Assembly: GCA_951406725.2 (NCBI GenBank)
Contig: OX597817.1
Span: 78,492,001-78,556,000, forward strand
Origin: Octopus vulgaris
Lineage: Eukaryota
Reading direction: 5' to 3'
DNA length: 64,000 bases
Positions 50,959 through 63,304 of this stretch are shown here, in pieces. Made by a program: the position numbers and the translations under genes. Every line of letters starts with the position of its first letter. The first letter of the stretch is position 1. Below the pieces are notes generated by a model that worked only from the letters and a program-made list of their open reading frames with translations, had not been told where the DNA came from and made no database searches.

Positions 50959-52779
50959 GACATCCCAACCAAAGACATCCCCATTAGAAGAGGAATATTC
51001 CAGGGAGACACGCTCTCTCCACTCCTTTTCTGCTTGGCACTGTCACCTCTATCTGATATGCTAAATAGAACTGGATGCGGATATAAATGTTACGGCAAAA
51101 CGATCAGCCACCTTTTATATATGGATGACCTAAAACTATACGCTGCAAATGACAAACAGCTGGAAACACTATTAAAGACAGTTCATGGATTTACCAAAGA
51201 AATAGATATGAAATTTGGATTAGAAAAATGCGCCAAAGTAACCATGAAAAGAGGAAAACTAGTTAAGAGTAACAACATCACACTAGATAAAACCAATGAA
51301 ATAAAAGAATTAGACCAAAGCCAAACTTACAAATACTTAGGAATCCATGAACTAGATAAGACACAACACACACAAATGAAAGAGAAAATAAAAAAGAATA
51401 TTATAGACGAGTTAGATCAATACTAAACACAGAGCTCAATGCTAAAAACAAGATAATAGGTATCAACACTTTAGCTGTCCCAGTTATAAGTTACAGCTAC
51501 AATATCCTTAACTGGACACGAAATGAACTGACCAAAATAGATAGGAAAACAAGAAAAATAATGACAGGATCTAGGATGCATCACCCAAAATCTGACATAG
51601 AAAGACTATATATACAACGTATGGAAGGTGGTAGAGGCCTTATACAGCTGGAAAACTACTATAAAATAACCACCATAGGACTGCAAAAATATCTACTTCA
51701 GAAGGAAGGAAAACTGATCCAGATAGCGGCAAAACACGAGCAAAACAAAAAACTGTTCTCAGTATTTAAGGAAGCTGACAAATACAAACAAGAAATCATA
51801 CCACCTAATAAACATGAAGAAGAAGAAGAAGATGAAGAAACAACAAAAGCTATAAAACAAATGAAATCCAAACTAAAAACAGAACAGCAACGAACCATGA
51901 TAAAACGATGGCAAGAAAAGCCCCTTCATGGTAAATACTGCACTAAACTAAACGCAAAAGAAATAGACAAAGAAAAATCCCAGCAATGGTTGAGAAGCTC
52001 AGGACTCAAAGCAGAAACAGAGGGATTTTTAATTGCAGCACAAGACCAAAGCCTCCCCACCAGAAATTACCAAAAACATGTAATGAAAAGAAATATTACA
52101 AGTAACTGCAGAATATGTGGAGATGGACAAGAAACAATAAATCATATTATCTCTAGCTGCCCAGTCCTGGCTAAGAAGGAATATATTCACAGACATGACA
52201 GAGTTGGAACCTACATACATTGGAAGCTATGCCAACATTATGGAATAACAACAGAAAAAAGATGGTATAGGCACACACCAAAAAAGGTCACAGAAAACGA
52301 GAAAGCAACCATACTCTGGGATATGCCGATACACACAGATAGAGAAATTAAGGCCAACAGACCAGATATAGTTGTCAGAGATCATGAAGAAAAAAATGCT
52401 TTTTAATTGATGTATCAATACCGGCAGATGACAACGTGTCTCTAAAAGAAATGGAGAAACTCTCAAAATACAAAGACCTGGAAATAGAGGTAACTAGAAT
52501 GTGGAATCTGAAAACAGAAACAATTCCTATCATAGTAGGTGCATTAGGCATGATAAAAAAATATTCAGACAAATACATAACAAAAACACCAGGACTTACA
52601 AACACATATAACATACAGAAAATTGCACTACTAGGCACTGCCCACATCCTACGCAGAACACTTTCCATACAATAACCATCAGAGCATCACAACAAATCAC
52701 AGCACATACCCAAGGCACACAGAGCTGCGCTCGGTAGTGAAGTGAAAGCACGCTATAAAAATAAAAATAAAACTACTGA
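50957..52779 (+). mobile_element. 5'-truncated R4/Dong-clade element (Dong-B), RT+RLE, frameshifted
   Basis: GIFQGD, HLLYMDDLKLY and YKYLG (to 51426); KPLHG, AAQDQ, CRIC..ETINHIISSC, RHD and RPDIVV (51561-52406); KEMEKLSKYKDL (52436-52675). Flanked by (AAT)n. Confidence 0.95.
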
Positions 52780-52787
52780 ATAATAAT

Positions 52788-55068
52788 AATAACGAAACCA
52801 ACCTTCCAAAAAACTATCGGCCTATAACCTGTCTATCCACCACGTATAAAATCCTAACATCTATCCTGGCGGAGAAAACATATGCATTCATGGAGAAGAA
52901 CGATATTTTCCCCATTGAACAAAAAGGGTGCTGCCGAGGCTCTTACGGATGCAAAGATCAACTGCTAATCAATCGTATGATCCTTGAGAACTGTCACAAC
53001 AAGCGCAGAAATCTCAGCACCGCATGGATTGACTATAAAAAGGCCTTCGACAGTATACCGCATCCATGGATCTTGAGATCGCTGGACATCTTCAAAATTT
53101 CCCCTGTGATTTCAAACTTCCTGAAGCACAATATGTCGTTGTGGAATACAAATCTCCAATTATACCACTCTAATGGAGTACTTGCCTCAGAAAATATAAA
53201 CATCAACTGTGGAATTTTTCAAGGTGACTCACTTTCACCTTTAATATTCTGCATAGCCCTAATACCCCTTACAAGTGAATTAAACAGAACAGGGTATGGG
53301 TATAAAATTGCCAATAAAAAAATAAGCCATCTATTTTATATGGATGACTTAAAACTTTATGGTAAAGACAATAATGAACTTGAAGGCCTATTGTGCACTG
53401 TGAAAGCATTCAGCGATGACATCAGGATGGAGTTTGGACTTGAGAAGTGTGCCAAGGCCACTTTCCAGAAAGGGAAAGTGAAGACCACAAATTCAGTTGT
53501 GTTAGATGTTGACACAGTCATAAGAGAGCTTGAGCAAGAACAAACATACAAATATTTAGGGATAAATGAAGGCTCTGGTATTCAGCATGCAAGCATGAAA
53601 GAGAAGATCAGGAAGGAATGTTATAGGAGAGTTCGTGCAGTCCTGAAATCTGAACTAAATGCACGTAACAAGGTGTTAGCTATAAATTCCTTAGCAGTTC
53701 CAGTTGTTACTTATAGCTACAATGTGCTGAACTGGAATATGAGTGAAGTAAAGAATATAGATAGGAAAATACGCAAGCTGCTGAGTTGTAATAGGATGCA
53801 CCACCCAAAGGCAGACGTAGATCGCCTTTACCTTCACAGAGCCCAAGGAGGTCGAGGCCTGATCCAATTTGAACTAGCTTACAAAACAACCACAATTGGA
53901 CTGGCCAAATATCTCGAAATATCGAATGACTGGATGCTAAAGCTCGTGGAAAATCACGAGAGACGAAAGAAGCTTCATTCTATTATAAAGGAAAGCAAAA
54001 AATTTGCTATTGATCTCGTGCAGGATACCCAAACAGAACAACCCGAGGGAAGTACGGCATTTATTGTTGCAAAGAAGGTGAAAATAATGGCAACGAAAAA
54101 AGCGCACGAGCAATTGGCTGATAGGTGGGAGGAGAAACCTCTGCACGGCAAATATGTGACCCGCAGCAAACAAGCTGATGTTGACCAGAAGCAAACCCAT
54201 CAGTGGCTACGGAGCTCAGGGCTAAAAGCAGAGAGCGAAGGTTTCATCCTGGCTGCTCAAGATCAAAGCCTATTAACCTGGAACTACCAGGCCAATGTGA
54301 TGAAAAATGGAGCAGACCCAAAATGCCGATTCTGCAACGACATGATTGAAACAGTGGACCACCTAATCTCTGGATGTAAAGTCTTAGCTCCAGTGGAGTA
54401 TAAATTAAGACATGACAGAGTTGGCCAATATCTACACTGGCTAATAAGTCGGCATTACAATATCAAAACTTCCGACAAGTGGTATAATCACCACCCTGAG
54501 GCTGTAACTGAAGGAGAAAATGTAACCATTCTGTGGGACTTTCCAGTACATACAGACCGAACCATCAAGGCCAATAAACCAGATATTGTTGTGAAAGACC
54601 AAAACAATAAAGTTTGCTTATTGATCGACATGAGCATCCCCTGTGATCATAATATCTCAGTGAAAGAGTTTGACAAGCTCAGAAAATATAAAGACCTACT
54701 CATTGAAATTGAGAAAATGTGGCATCTCAAGGCGGTTACAATACCAGTGATCGTAGGAGCACTAGGAATGATCAAGAAGGGAACCGAAAATTATATGAGA
54801 ATGATCTCTGGCTTACCATCCCTGCAAGAAGTGCAAAAGATTGTCTTAACTGGTACATCACACGTATTGAGAAGAGCATTGTCGATGTGAAAACTGTTGC
54901 TGCTCATGTATTTTAATTTAACTTAACTTAAAAAAAAAAAAAAAAAATGAACGAACTATTGAGTTTGGTTTAATGGCCTACCAATATATACTATGAGTTT
55001 CTTTGCCCTAGGAGTCGGGAAGACACTCGGCAAGAAATGGAAGCAAATTTGAAAGAAGAAAAAAAAAA

Positions 55069-55070
<2 letters not shown>
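52788..55070 (+). mobile_element. 5'-truncated Dong-A element in tandem behind Dong-B
   Basis: Near-identical to the reverse complement of 18931-21210; (AAT)n on both sides. Confidence 0.95.
52791..54890 (+). CDS. Reverse transcriptase / CCHC zinc knuckle / restriction-like endonuclease of an R4/Dong non-LTR retrotransposon (N-terminally truncated, uninterrupted frame)
   Basis: The 666-aa ORF from Met 52890 is in frame with upstream NETNLPKNYRPITCL. It contains YMDD, YKYLG, CRFC-X8-H-X4-C, RHD and PD..D...K..KY motifs. Confidence 0.92.
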   Translation, partial: NETNLPKNYRPITCLSTTYKILTSILAEKTYAFMEKNDIFPIEQKGCCRGSYGCKDQLLINRMILENCHNKRRNLSTAWIDYKKAFDSIPHPWILRSLDIFKISPVISNFLKHNMSLWNTNLQLYHSNGVLASENININCGIFQGDSLSPLIFCIALIPLTSELNRTGYGYKIANKKISHLFYMDDLKLYGKDNNELEGLLCTVKAFSDDIRMEFGLEKCAKATFQKGKVKTTNSVVLDVDTVIRELEQEQTYKYLGINEGSGIQHASMKEKIRKECYRRVRAVLKSELNARNKVLAINSLAVPVVTYSYNVLNWNMSEVKNIDRKIRKLLSCNRMHHPKADVDRLYLHRAQGGRGLIQFELAYKTTTIGLAKYLEISNDWMLKLVENHERRKKLHSIIKESKKFAIDLVQDTQTEQPEGSTAFIVAKKVKIMATKKAHEQLADRWEEKPLHGKYVTRSKQADVDQKQTHQWLRSSGLKAESEGFILAAQDQSLLTWNYQANVMKNGADPKCRFCNDMIETVDHLISGCKVLAPVEYKLRHDRVGQYLHWLISRHYNIKTSDKWYNHHPEAVTEGENVTILWDFPVHTDRTIKANKPDIVVKDQNNKVCLLIDMSIPCDHNISVKEFDKLRKYKDLLIEIEKMWHLKAVTIPVIVGALGMIKKGTENYMRMISGLPSLQEVQKIVLTGTSHVLRRALSM

Positions 55071-55103
<33 letters not shown>

Positions 55104-55869
55104 CCTTTCTACTAAAGGACAAGGCCTGAAATTTTTTGAGGAGAGGACTAATTGATTACATTGAACCCCAGTGTTTCGACCCTGAAAGAATGAAAGGCAA
55201 AGTCGACCTTGGTGGAACTTGAACTCAGAACATAAAGATGGAGGAAATGCTGCTAATCATTTTGCCCAGTATGCTAATGATTCTGTCGGCTCACCACCTT
55301 ATTTTTAATAATAATGATAATAATAATAACAACAGCAATGATAATAATCTTTTCTTCTATAGGCACAAACCTGACATGGGGATTAGTTGATTGCATGGTC
55401 TACAGTGCTCGTCTGGTACTTATTTTTATTGATCCCAAAAAGATGAAAGGCAAAGTTAACATGAACAGTATTTGAACTCAATATGTAAAGACATGAAATG
55501 CCACTAAGCATTTTGTCTAGCACAATAATGATAGTACTTTAAGTGAGGTAAGGAGAAGTCAAGTCAATGTCACAATCGTTTCCATAAATGGACAATTTGT
55601 TTTATTTCCTATTATATACAATGTTATGTAATACCTTCAGTATATAGGAATATATTATCATAACTCATTCACTTCCTCAGACATTTTGATTTGAAAACCC
55701 AATCAACCTATCATAGTATTTATTACATAACATTGTAGGAAATATGAAATAGAAAATATTGTTTATTTACAAAAACAATTGTAAATATCAATTTGACTCC
55801 TCTTTTCCTCACTTAAATTTTTATTGTAATTATTTTTATCATTTTCATTATTATTATTGTTGTTGTTAT

Positions 55870-55902
55870 TATTATTATTATCATTATTATTATTATTATT
55901 AT

Positions 55903-55937
<35 letters not shown>

Positions 55938-57056
55938 GTAGTAGTGGTGAGTTGGCAGAATCACAGCAAACTGTTTAGCGGTATTTTGTCTGTCCTTACA
56001 TTCTGAGTTCAAATTCTGGCAAGGTAGACTTGCCATTTCATCCTTTTGAAGTTGATGAAATAAGTACCAGTTACACACTGGGGTCGATGTAATCAGCTTA
56101 GCCCCTCTGCCAAAATTTCAGGCCTTGTGCCTTTAGTAGAAAGGATTCTTCTTCTTCTTCTTCTTCTTCTTCTTCTTCTTCTTCTTCTTCTTCTTCTTCT
56201 TCTTCTTCTTCTTCTCCTCCTCCTTCTTCTTCTCCTCCTCCTTCTTCTTCTTCTTCTTCTTCTTCTTCTTCTTCTTCTTCTCCTCCTCCTTCTTCTTCTT
56301 CTTCTTCTTCTTCTTCTTCTTCTTCTTCTTCTTCTTCTCCTTCTTCTTCTTCTTCTTCTTCTCCTTCTTCTTCTTCTTCTTCTCTTCTTCTTCTTCTTCT
56401 TCTTCTTCTTCTTCTCCTCCTCCTTCTTCTTCTTCTTCTTCTTCTTCTTCTCCTTCTTCTTCTTCTCCTTCTTCTTCTTCTTCTTCTTCTTCTTCTTCTT
56501 CTTCTTCTTCTTCTTCTTCTCCTCCTCCTTCTTCTTCTTCTTCTTCTTCTTCTTCTTCTTCTCCTCCTCCTTCTTCTTCTTCTTCTTCTTCTCTCTTCTT
56601 CTTCTTCTTCTTCTTCTTCTCCTTTTTCTTCTTCTCTTCTTCTTCTCCTTCTTCTTCTTCTTCTTCTTCTCTTTCTTCTTCTTCTTCTTCTTCTTCTTCT
56701 TCTCCTTCTTCTTCTTCTTCTTCTTCTTCTTCTCCTCCTCCTTCTTCTTCTTCTTCTTCTTCTTCTTCTTCTTCTTTCTTCTTCTTCTTCTTCTTCTTCT
56801 TCTTCTTCTTCTTCTTCTTCTTCTTCTTCTTCTTCTTCTTCTTCTTCTTCTCCTTCTTCTTCTTCTTCTTCTTCTTCTTCTTCTTCTTCTTCTTCTTCTT
56901 CTTCTTCTTCTTCTCCTTCTTCTTCTTCTTCTCCTCCTCCTCCTCCTCCTCCTTCTTCTTCTTCTCCTCCTCCTCCTCCTCCTCCTCCTTCTTCTTCTTC
57001 TTCTTCTCCTTCTTCTCCTTCTTCTTCGTCTTCTTCTTCTTCTTCTCCTTCTCCTT

Positions 57057-57087
<31 letters not shown>

Positions 57088-57106
57088 TTATTATTATTAT
57101 TATTAT

Positions 57107-57162
<56 letters not shown>

Positions 57163-57949
57163 AGTTGGCAGAATCACAGCAAACTGTTTAGCGGTATTTT
57201 GTCTGTCCTTACATTCTGAGTTCAAATTCTGGCATGGTAGACTTGCCATTTCATCCTTTTGAAGTTGATGAAATAAGTACCAGTTACGCACTGGAGTCGA
57301 TGTAATCAGCTTAGCCCCTCTGCCAAAATCTCAGGCCTTGTGCCTTTAGTAGAAAGGATTCTTCTTCTTCTTCTTCTTCTTTCTTCTTCTTCTTCTTCTT
57401 CTTCTTCTTCTTCTTCTTCTTCTTCTTCTTCTTCTTCTTCTTCTTCTTCTCCTCCTTCTTCTTCTTCTTCTTCTTCTCCTCTTTCTTCTTCTTCTTCTTC
57501 TTCTCCTCCTCCTTCTTCTTCTTCTTCTTCTTCTCTTTCTTCTTCTTCTTCTTCTTCTCCTTCTTCTTCTTCTTCTTCTTCTCCTTCTTCTTCTTCTTCT
57601 TCTCTTTCTTCTTCTTCTTCTTCTTCTTCTTCTTCTCCTCCTCCTTCTTCTTCTTCTTCTTCTTCTTCTCCTTCTTCTTCTTCTCCTTCTTCTTCTTCTT
57701 CTTCTTCTTCTTCTTCTTCTTCTTCTCCTCCTCCTCCTTCTTCTTCTTCTTCTTCTTCTTCTTCTCTTTCTTCTTCTTCTTCTTCTTCTTCTTCTTCTTC
57801 TTCTTCTTCTTCTTCTTCTTCTTCTCCTCCTCCTTCTTCTTCTTCTTCTTCTCTTTCTTCTTCTTCTTCTTCTTCTTCTTCTCCTCCTCCTCCTTCTTCT
57901 TCTTCTTCTTCTTCTCCTTCTTCTCCTCCTTCTTCTTCTTCTTTTTCTT

Positions 57950-58020
<71 letters not shown>
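55870..58020 (+). repeat. Tandem duplication (~1.2 kb period) of (TAT)n(TAG)n + SINE-B + very long (CTT)n; (CTT/CCT)n at 56146-57085 and 57359-57978
   Basis: SINE copies 55945-56146 and 57158-57358 differ at about 4 positions and have the same flanking repeat order. Confidence 0.92.
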
Positions 58021-58021
<1 letters not shown>

Positions 58022-58039
58022 GTTATTATCATCATCATT

Positions 58040-58300
58040 ATTATTTGTTGAAAACTCCCAGCTTATTTTGCTAGATATGATGGAAAGTGGCAGCTGCCCA
58101 CAGCCAGTAGGCTAAAGTGACACTTGTTTACTGGTCGTGCTTCAAGAATCCTGTAAAGAATTCTTGCAGTTTCAAGTAATGCTGATTGTTGTAGGAGTTC
58201 TACCTTCATGCTTGCACCAATCTTTTTCAGCCATGCTGGTAGTTGAGTGCTGATACTACCAAGTGTGCCAATTACTATTGGTATCCTCTCTACTCCCCTC
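58040..58300 (-). mobile_element. Old Dong-type 3' fragment
   Basis: GVERIPIVIGTLGSIS...LQQSALLETARILYRILE; next to (TAT)n. Confidence 0.8.
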
Positions 58301-59363
58301 ACTTTGTTTTAAATTAAAAACATATGATGGTCAACGATTTGAGGTATGCATAAGGTTCCTATTTCAGAGCTGATCTGAGGTTAAACTACAACCATAACAA
58401 ACCTTTGATAAGATGGTAGGATATAGTTTGATGGAAATTTGGCTGTTATTTCTAGCAGTCTGTTATTCTTTTACTGGTTTCTGTTCTATAGTTTTAGACT
58501 GTTGAGAAAACACCACTGAAAATAAGCAATAAAATTTTTCCAGAGCAGCAATAACAAAGCTAGTAAATTTCTGTAATTTTATTTTAACATTAACAGGTTT
58601 ACAATTTTATGAAACCATAGAATGAATCTCAAAACAAATGATTCCAATACTTGTTTCTCCTCATTACACAGGCAACACTTACAATACTTACAACACTTGA
58701 ATGGACAATTTCATTTAGTTATGAGTGATAAACTGCAATTAAGATGAGAAAACTACTTGACTTTTAGCAACAACTACCTAAAATGGGAAGAAAAGCTCTA
58801 CTGTTATAGAGAGAGCTATAGTTGACTGGGCAACGATATTTAATATCTAATGGCAGACTCAAACTTTAATAGACAGAATTATTCTAGAATTATACTCCAC
58901 TCCATTCCACTCTTAGAGACATCTTACACTTGTCTAGACATCTGTGTGTTTAATGAAAGGTCCAACTTGAAATATTAAATATTTCCTCTTTTCTTATTCA
59001 CTAAAATACTATCAAATTTATCTTTTATTTTTTTTACTGACATTTCAGGCATATATAGCTATAGGCTCAGGTATGGCTGGGTGGTTAAGAAGTTTACCTC
59101 CCAACCACATGGTTTTGGGTTCAGTCCCATTGTGTGGCACCTGGGTGTCTTGTCTCCTAATATAACTGCTGGCTGATGACCAAACACTTGTAAGTGGGTT
59201 TTACAGACAGAAACTGAAAGAAACCTGCTGTGTGTGTGTGTGTGTGTGTGTGCATATGTGTGTGTATGTCTGTGCGCTTATGCACATGTGTGTGTGTGTG
59301 GAGAGAGAGAGAGAGAGATGTAGATAGATATAGATATATACACATATATGTATATTTGTATGC

Positions 59364-59399
<36 letters not shown>

Positions 59400-59798
59400 G
59401 CACACACACACACACATATAATAATAATAATAAAAAGTGACAACAAAAGAATGAGACCCCGATATTACATAAATAGAGGATTATTTATAAATGTTATAAT
59501 TTTCCTACCTATTAGAGTAACTTCCCTTTTATTCAATAGTTTTCATAGCGTTTATTGCCATTAATAACTGATGAAAATACATCGTTGCTCTTCACTCTGA
59601 CATTCGAAACTCCAAGTACCATAATGACAACTTACTGTTTGTTTTAAATTATAGCATACATTATCATCATCATCATTTAGGGTCCGTTTTCCATGCTAGC
59701 ATGGGTTGGACGGTTCAACTGGGGTCTGTGAAGCCGGAAGGCCGCATCAGGCCCAGTCAGATCTGGCAGCGTTTCTACGGCTTGATGCCCTTCCTACA

Positions 59799-59839
<41 letters not shown>

Positions 59840-61594
59840 CCATGGACGAGACCTGGAGATTTAGCAGCACTCAAAAAAATTCAAACTTAGACACTCTGGA
59901 GTCTTTACAGGGGGTTTTATGTTTATATGTGTGTTTGTGTCTCTTTGTTCTGACATTATACAATTATTCATTTATAGACTTCCTTGCAAACATGTCTGTT
60001 TATGAAGAAATGTCTGACGGAAAGAAGACCATCTGGGCATGTAAAAACAAACCCTCTAACTAATGCAAGCATGAAAAAGTGGACGTTAAAACAACAATGA
60101 ATTTCAGATGGAGAATATCAATTATCTTCTCAAATTTTAGCAACTGTATTTTAAGTTTGAGGGTGCATGGCTTAGTGGTTAGGGCAATCAGCTCATGATC
60201 GTAAGGCCATGTGTTCAATTCCTTGTGGCACATCATATCCTTGAGCAAGGCACTTTATTTCACATTGCTCCAGTCCACTCGACTAGTAAAAATGAGTTGT
60301 ACCTGTAATTCCAAGGGCTGACTTTGTCTCAGTCTGTATCATGCTGAATTTCCCTGAAAACTACATTAAGGGTATGCATGTCTGTGAAGTGTTTAGCCAT
60401 TTGCATGTTAATTTCATGAACAGGCTGTTCCATTGATTGGATCTGCTGGAACCCTCATCATTGTAACTAACAGAGAGCCCCATATCCCATTTTAAGCTAG
60501 AAATTTGTTTTATAATTCTATTTTAATTTATATAATTTTGATTTTGAATTAACCATTCATTTATTATGCATAAGTCCCATGATGTTTGAATGAAGCAAAC
60601 TTAGGTAAAAATTGGTCTGATATAATACTGATTTCAAATTTTAGCACAAGGTCAGTAATTTTACAGGGAGCAAGTAAGTTAATTACATTGACTCCAGTGC
60701 TCAACTGATACCTACTTTTATTGATCCCAAAAGGATAAAAGGTGAAGTTGGCCTCAGCAGAATTTAAACTCAGAACATAAAGATGGATGGACTACTGCTA
60801 TATTATTGTTTACATTTGTTGTTTACATTTTGAACCATTTACATATACTTGAGAGCATCAAAAATTTTTAATGCTTAGGGCCTCTATGGGCCTTAATCCA
60901 ACCCTGGGTTGGATACCTAGTATAAGATGCTAGTATGTTGTAAAAAGAAACAATGAAAATAAAATAAAATATACTGAGCTGGAGGAAATATGCTGCAACA
61001 AGAAGTAAAGGTAATACCTTATCGAGTCATGTTGACTCATAAGGGCTGGCTTCCCAATTTCCATGTCATATCAATTCCCCACCTGGATGGAACACTGGTC
61101 TGTCGCAGGGTTGCTCATTTTTGTCAGCTGAGTGGACAGGAATAACCTGAAATAAAGTGTTTCACTCAAGAACAATGTGTCGCCAGGGCCAGGAATTGAA
61201 ACCACAACCTTATGATCATTAGTCCAACACTCTAACCACTGAACCACATGCATCTACAAAGAAGTTACCTTCTCAAGTCATACTGACTCATAAGGGCCAG
61301 TTTCCTGGTTTCATGGCTTATAAATTCTCCACCTGGATGGGACACCGGGTCTGTTGCAGAATTACACATTTTTGCTAGATCAGTGGATTGGAGAAATGTG
61401 AAATGAAGATTCTTTTGCTCAAGAATACAATGCGTTGCTTGGTCTAGGGATCAAAACCACAGCCTTATGATCCCTAAGCCACACTCTAACCACTAAGCCT
61501 TCTTTCAACGAAAAGTGGCCAACATGGCATCATCTGATTAAATAGAAATGCAGATGATTCACAGACTTATCTTTCTGTAGATCCTTCAACATGT

Positions 61595-62031
61595 TATTTC
61601 TTTATTGCCCACAAGGGACTAAACATAGAGGGGACAAACAAGGACAGACAAAGGGATTAAGTCGATTATATCGACCCCAGTATGTAACTGGTACTTAATT
61701 TATCAACCCCAAAAGGATGAAAGGCAAAGTCGACCTTGGCGGAATTTGAACTCAGAATGTTAAGACAAACGAAATACCTATTTCTTTATTACCCACAAGG
61801 GGCTAAACACAGAGGGGACAAACAAGGACAGACATAGGTATTAAGTCGATTACATCGACCCCAGTGCGTAACTGGTACTTAATTTATCGACCCTGAAAGG
61901 ATGAAAGGCAAAGTCGACCTTGGCGGAATTTGAACTCAGAACGTAAAGACAAACGAAATACCGCTAAGCATTTCGCCCCGCGTACTAACGATTCTACCAG
62001 CTCGCTGCCCTAATGATTCAGCCAGCTTGCC
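61595..62031 (-). mobile_element. SINE-B(T) dimer
   Basis: 15-bp TSD GATCCTTCAA(C/T)ATGT at 61580-61594 and 62032-62046; internal junction AAAGAAATA|GGTATTTC (minus strand) at 61778/9. Confidence 0.88.
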
Positions 62032-62342
62032 GATCCTTCAATATGTTGTGCATTGCTGGGGGCTAGCAAATGGAAGGCCATCAAATTAACTAATAAGACA
62101 TTTTTAATGGGTAGATGAACTCATTAAAGTCAACAGCTTTCCAATTTGGTGCAAATGGGCTTCTTTCATATCTCTGCTGACTCGTAGGTATTATATGGTG
62201 GGAAAATTTCAGCTACAACAACCTGCAGTTGATGTAGCTGTCAGTCATCTTGTAATGCTTTTCTATGGATTCCAGATATGGATAACTAGAGAGTGACATA
62301 TATAGGTTATGTGAGTGGATGTCACTTTAATCTAATGACATA

Positions 62343-62533
62343 CACAGTTCCATATTTAAGATATGATGAATTATGCACATTATTTACATTATTTACGTTA
62401 GTTACATTTGATGGATATTTGACTGCATCTTGTTTGTTGTTAACACGTTTCAGCTGATACATCATCCAGCCTTCATCAGGTGTCTTGGGGAAATTTCGAA
62501 CCTGGGTTCTCATTCCTAAGGTATTTTTCAATG

Positions 62534-62603
<70 letters not shown>

Positions 62604-62655
62604 CTGCCTGGAATCGAACTCAGAATCCTGGGGTTAGTAGCCCGCATTCTTAACC
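62343..62655 (-). mobile_element. tRNA-headed, hammerhead-bearing SINE-like element (copy 1)
   Basis: GGTTAAGAATGCGGGCTACTAACCCCAGGATTCTGAGTTCGATTCCAGG (tRNA-like, B box), then (TAA)n, a body, and an HHR core at 62442-62485. Confidence 0.75.
62442..62485 (-). ncRNA. Type I hammerhead motif (stem III/cleavage site apparently deleted in this copy)
   Basis: GACAC-CTGATGA-A-GGCTGG-ATGATGTA-TCAGCT-GAAA-C-GTGTT: stems I and II pair and the core is canonical, but there is no NUH between GAAAC and stem I. Confidence 0.65.
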
Positions 62656-62686
62656 CCACAATTCCGAGTTCAATTCCAGGCAGAAA

Positions 62687-62755
<69 letters not shown>

Positions 62756-63086
62756 TAATAATAATAATAATAATCATCATCATCATCATCGTTTAGCGTC
62801 CGCTTTCCATACTGGCATGGGCTGGACGGTGCAACTGGGGTCTGGGAAGCCAGAAGGCTGCACCAGGCCCAGTCTGATCTGGCAATTTTTCTATGGCTGG
62901 ATGCCCTTCCTAACGCCAACCACTCCATGAGTGTAGTGGGTGCTTTTTACGTGCCACCGGCAAAGGTGCCAGACGAGGCTGGCAAATGGCCATGGTCGGA
63001 TGGTGCTTTTTAACATCGAAAAATACCTTGAGAATGAGAACCCAGGTTCGAAATTTTCCCAAGACACCTGATGAAGACTGGAGGGC
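62651..63086 (+). mobile_element. Inverted second copy of the tRNA-HHR element, interrupted by an RTE-tailed SINE (62774-63010, minus)
   Basis: TAACCCCACAATTCCGAGTTCAATTCCAGGCAG-(AAT)n...AACATCGAAAAATACCTT..GAATGAGAACCCAGGTTCGAAATTTTCCCAAGACACCTGATGAAGACTGG mirrors copy 1. Confidence 0.8.
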
Positions 63087-63304
63087 AATAGTGAAGCCAA
63101 GAATGTTAGAAACAGATAAGAATTATGTCAAGTGTTTAAAGGGATGCAGTTCTAGAAGTTATTAGAAAAATGAATGAATTACATGTTATGAAGTTATTTT
63201 AACTGAAGAACATTGGCATGTGAAAAATTCATGTTAAATGAATGGAAAAAATGATGAACAATGTATATATATGTGTGTGTGTGCATGTGCATATGTATAT
63301 ATAT

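Noticed and set aside
50957-54890. Two adjacent RT-nuclease ORF sets as a novel two-RT system
   Set aside because: Each is a separately 5'-truncated Dong-type insertion with its own 3' UTR, separated by the (AAT)n target.
56127-58074. Long ORFs of poly-L/F/S/R (354, 244 and 230 aa) and the many YI/CV/HT/poly-D ORFs elsewhere
   Set aside because: They are translations of stop-free microsatellites with no protein signal.
59555-59630. CTGATGA...GAAA with a plausible stem III (ACT-CCA-AGT-A)
   Set aside because: Stem I next to the core and stem II do not pair; at best a badly decayed HHR.
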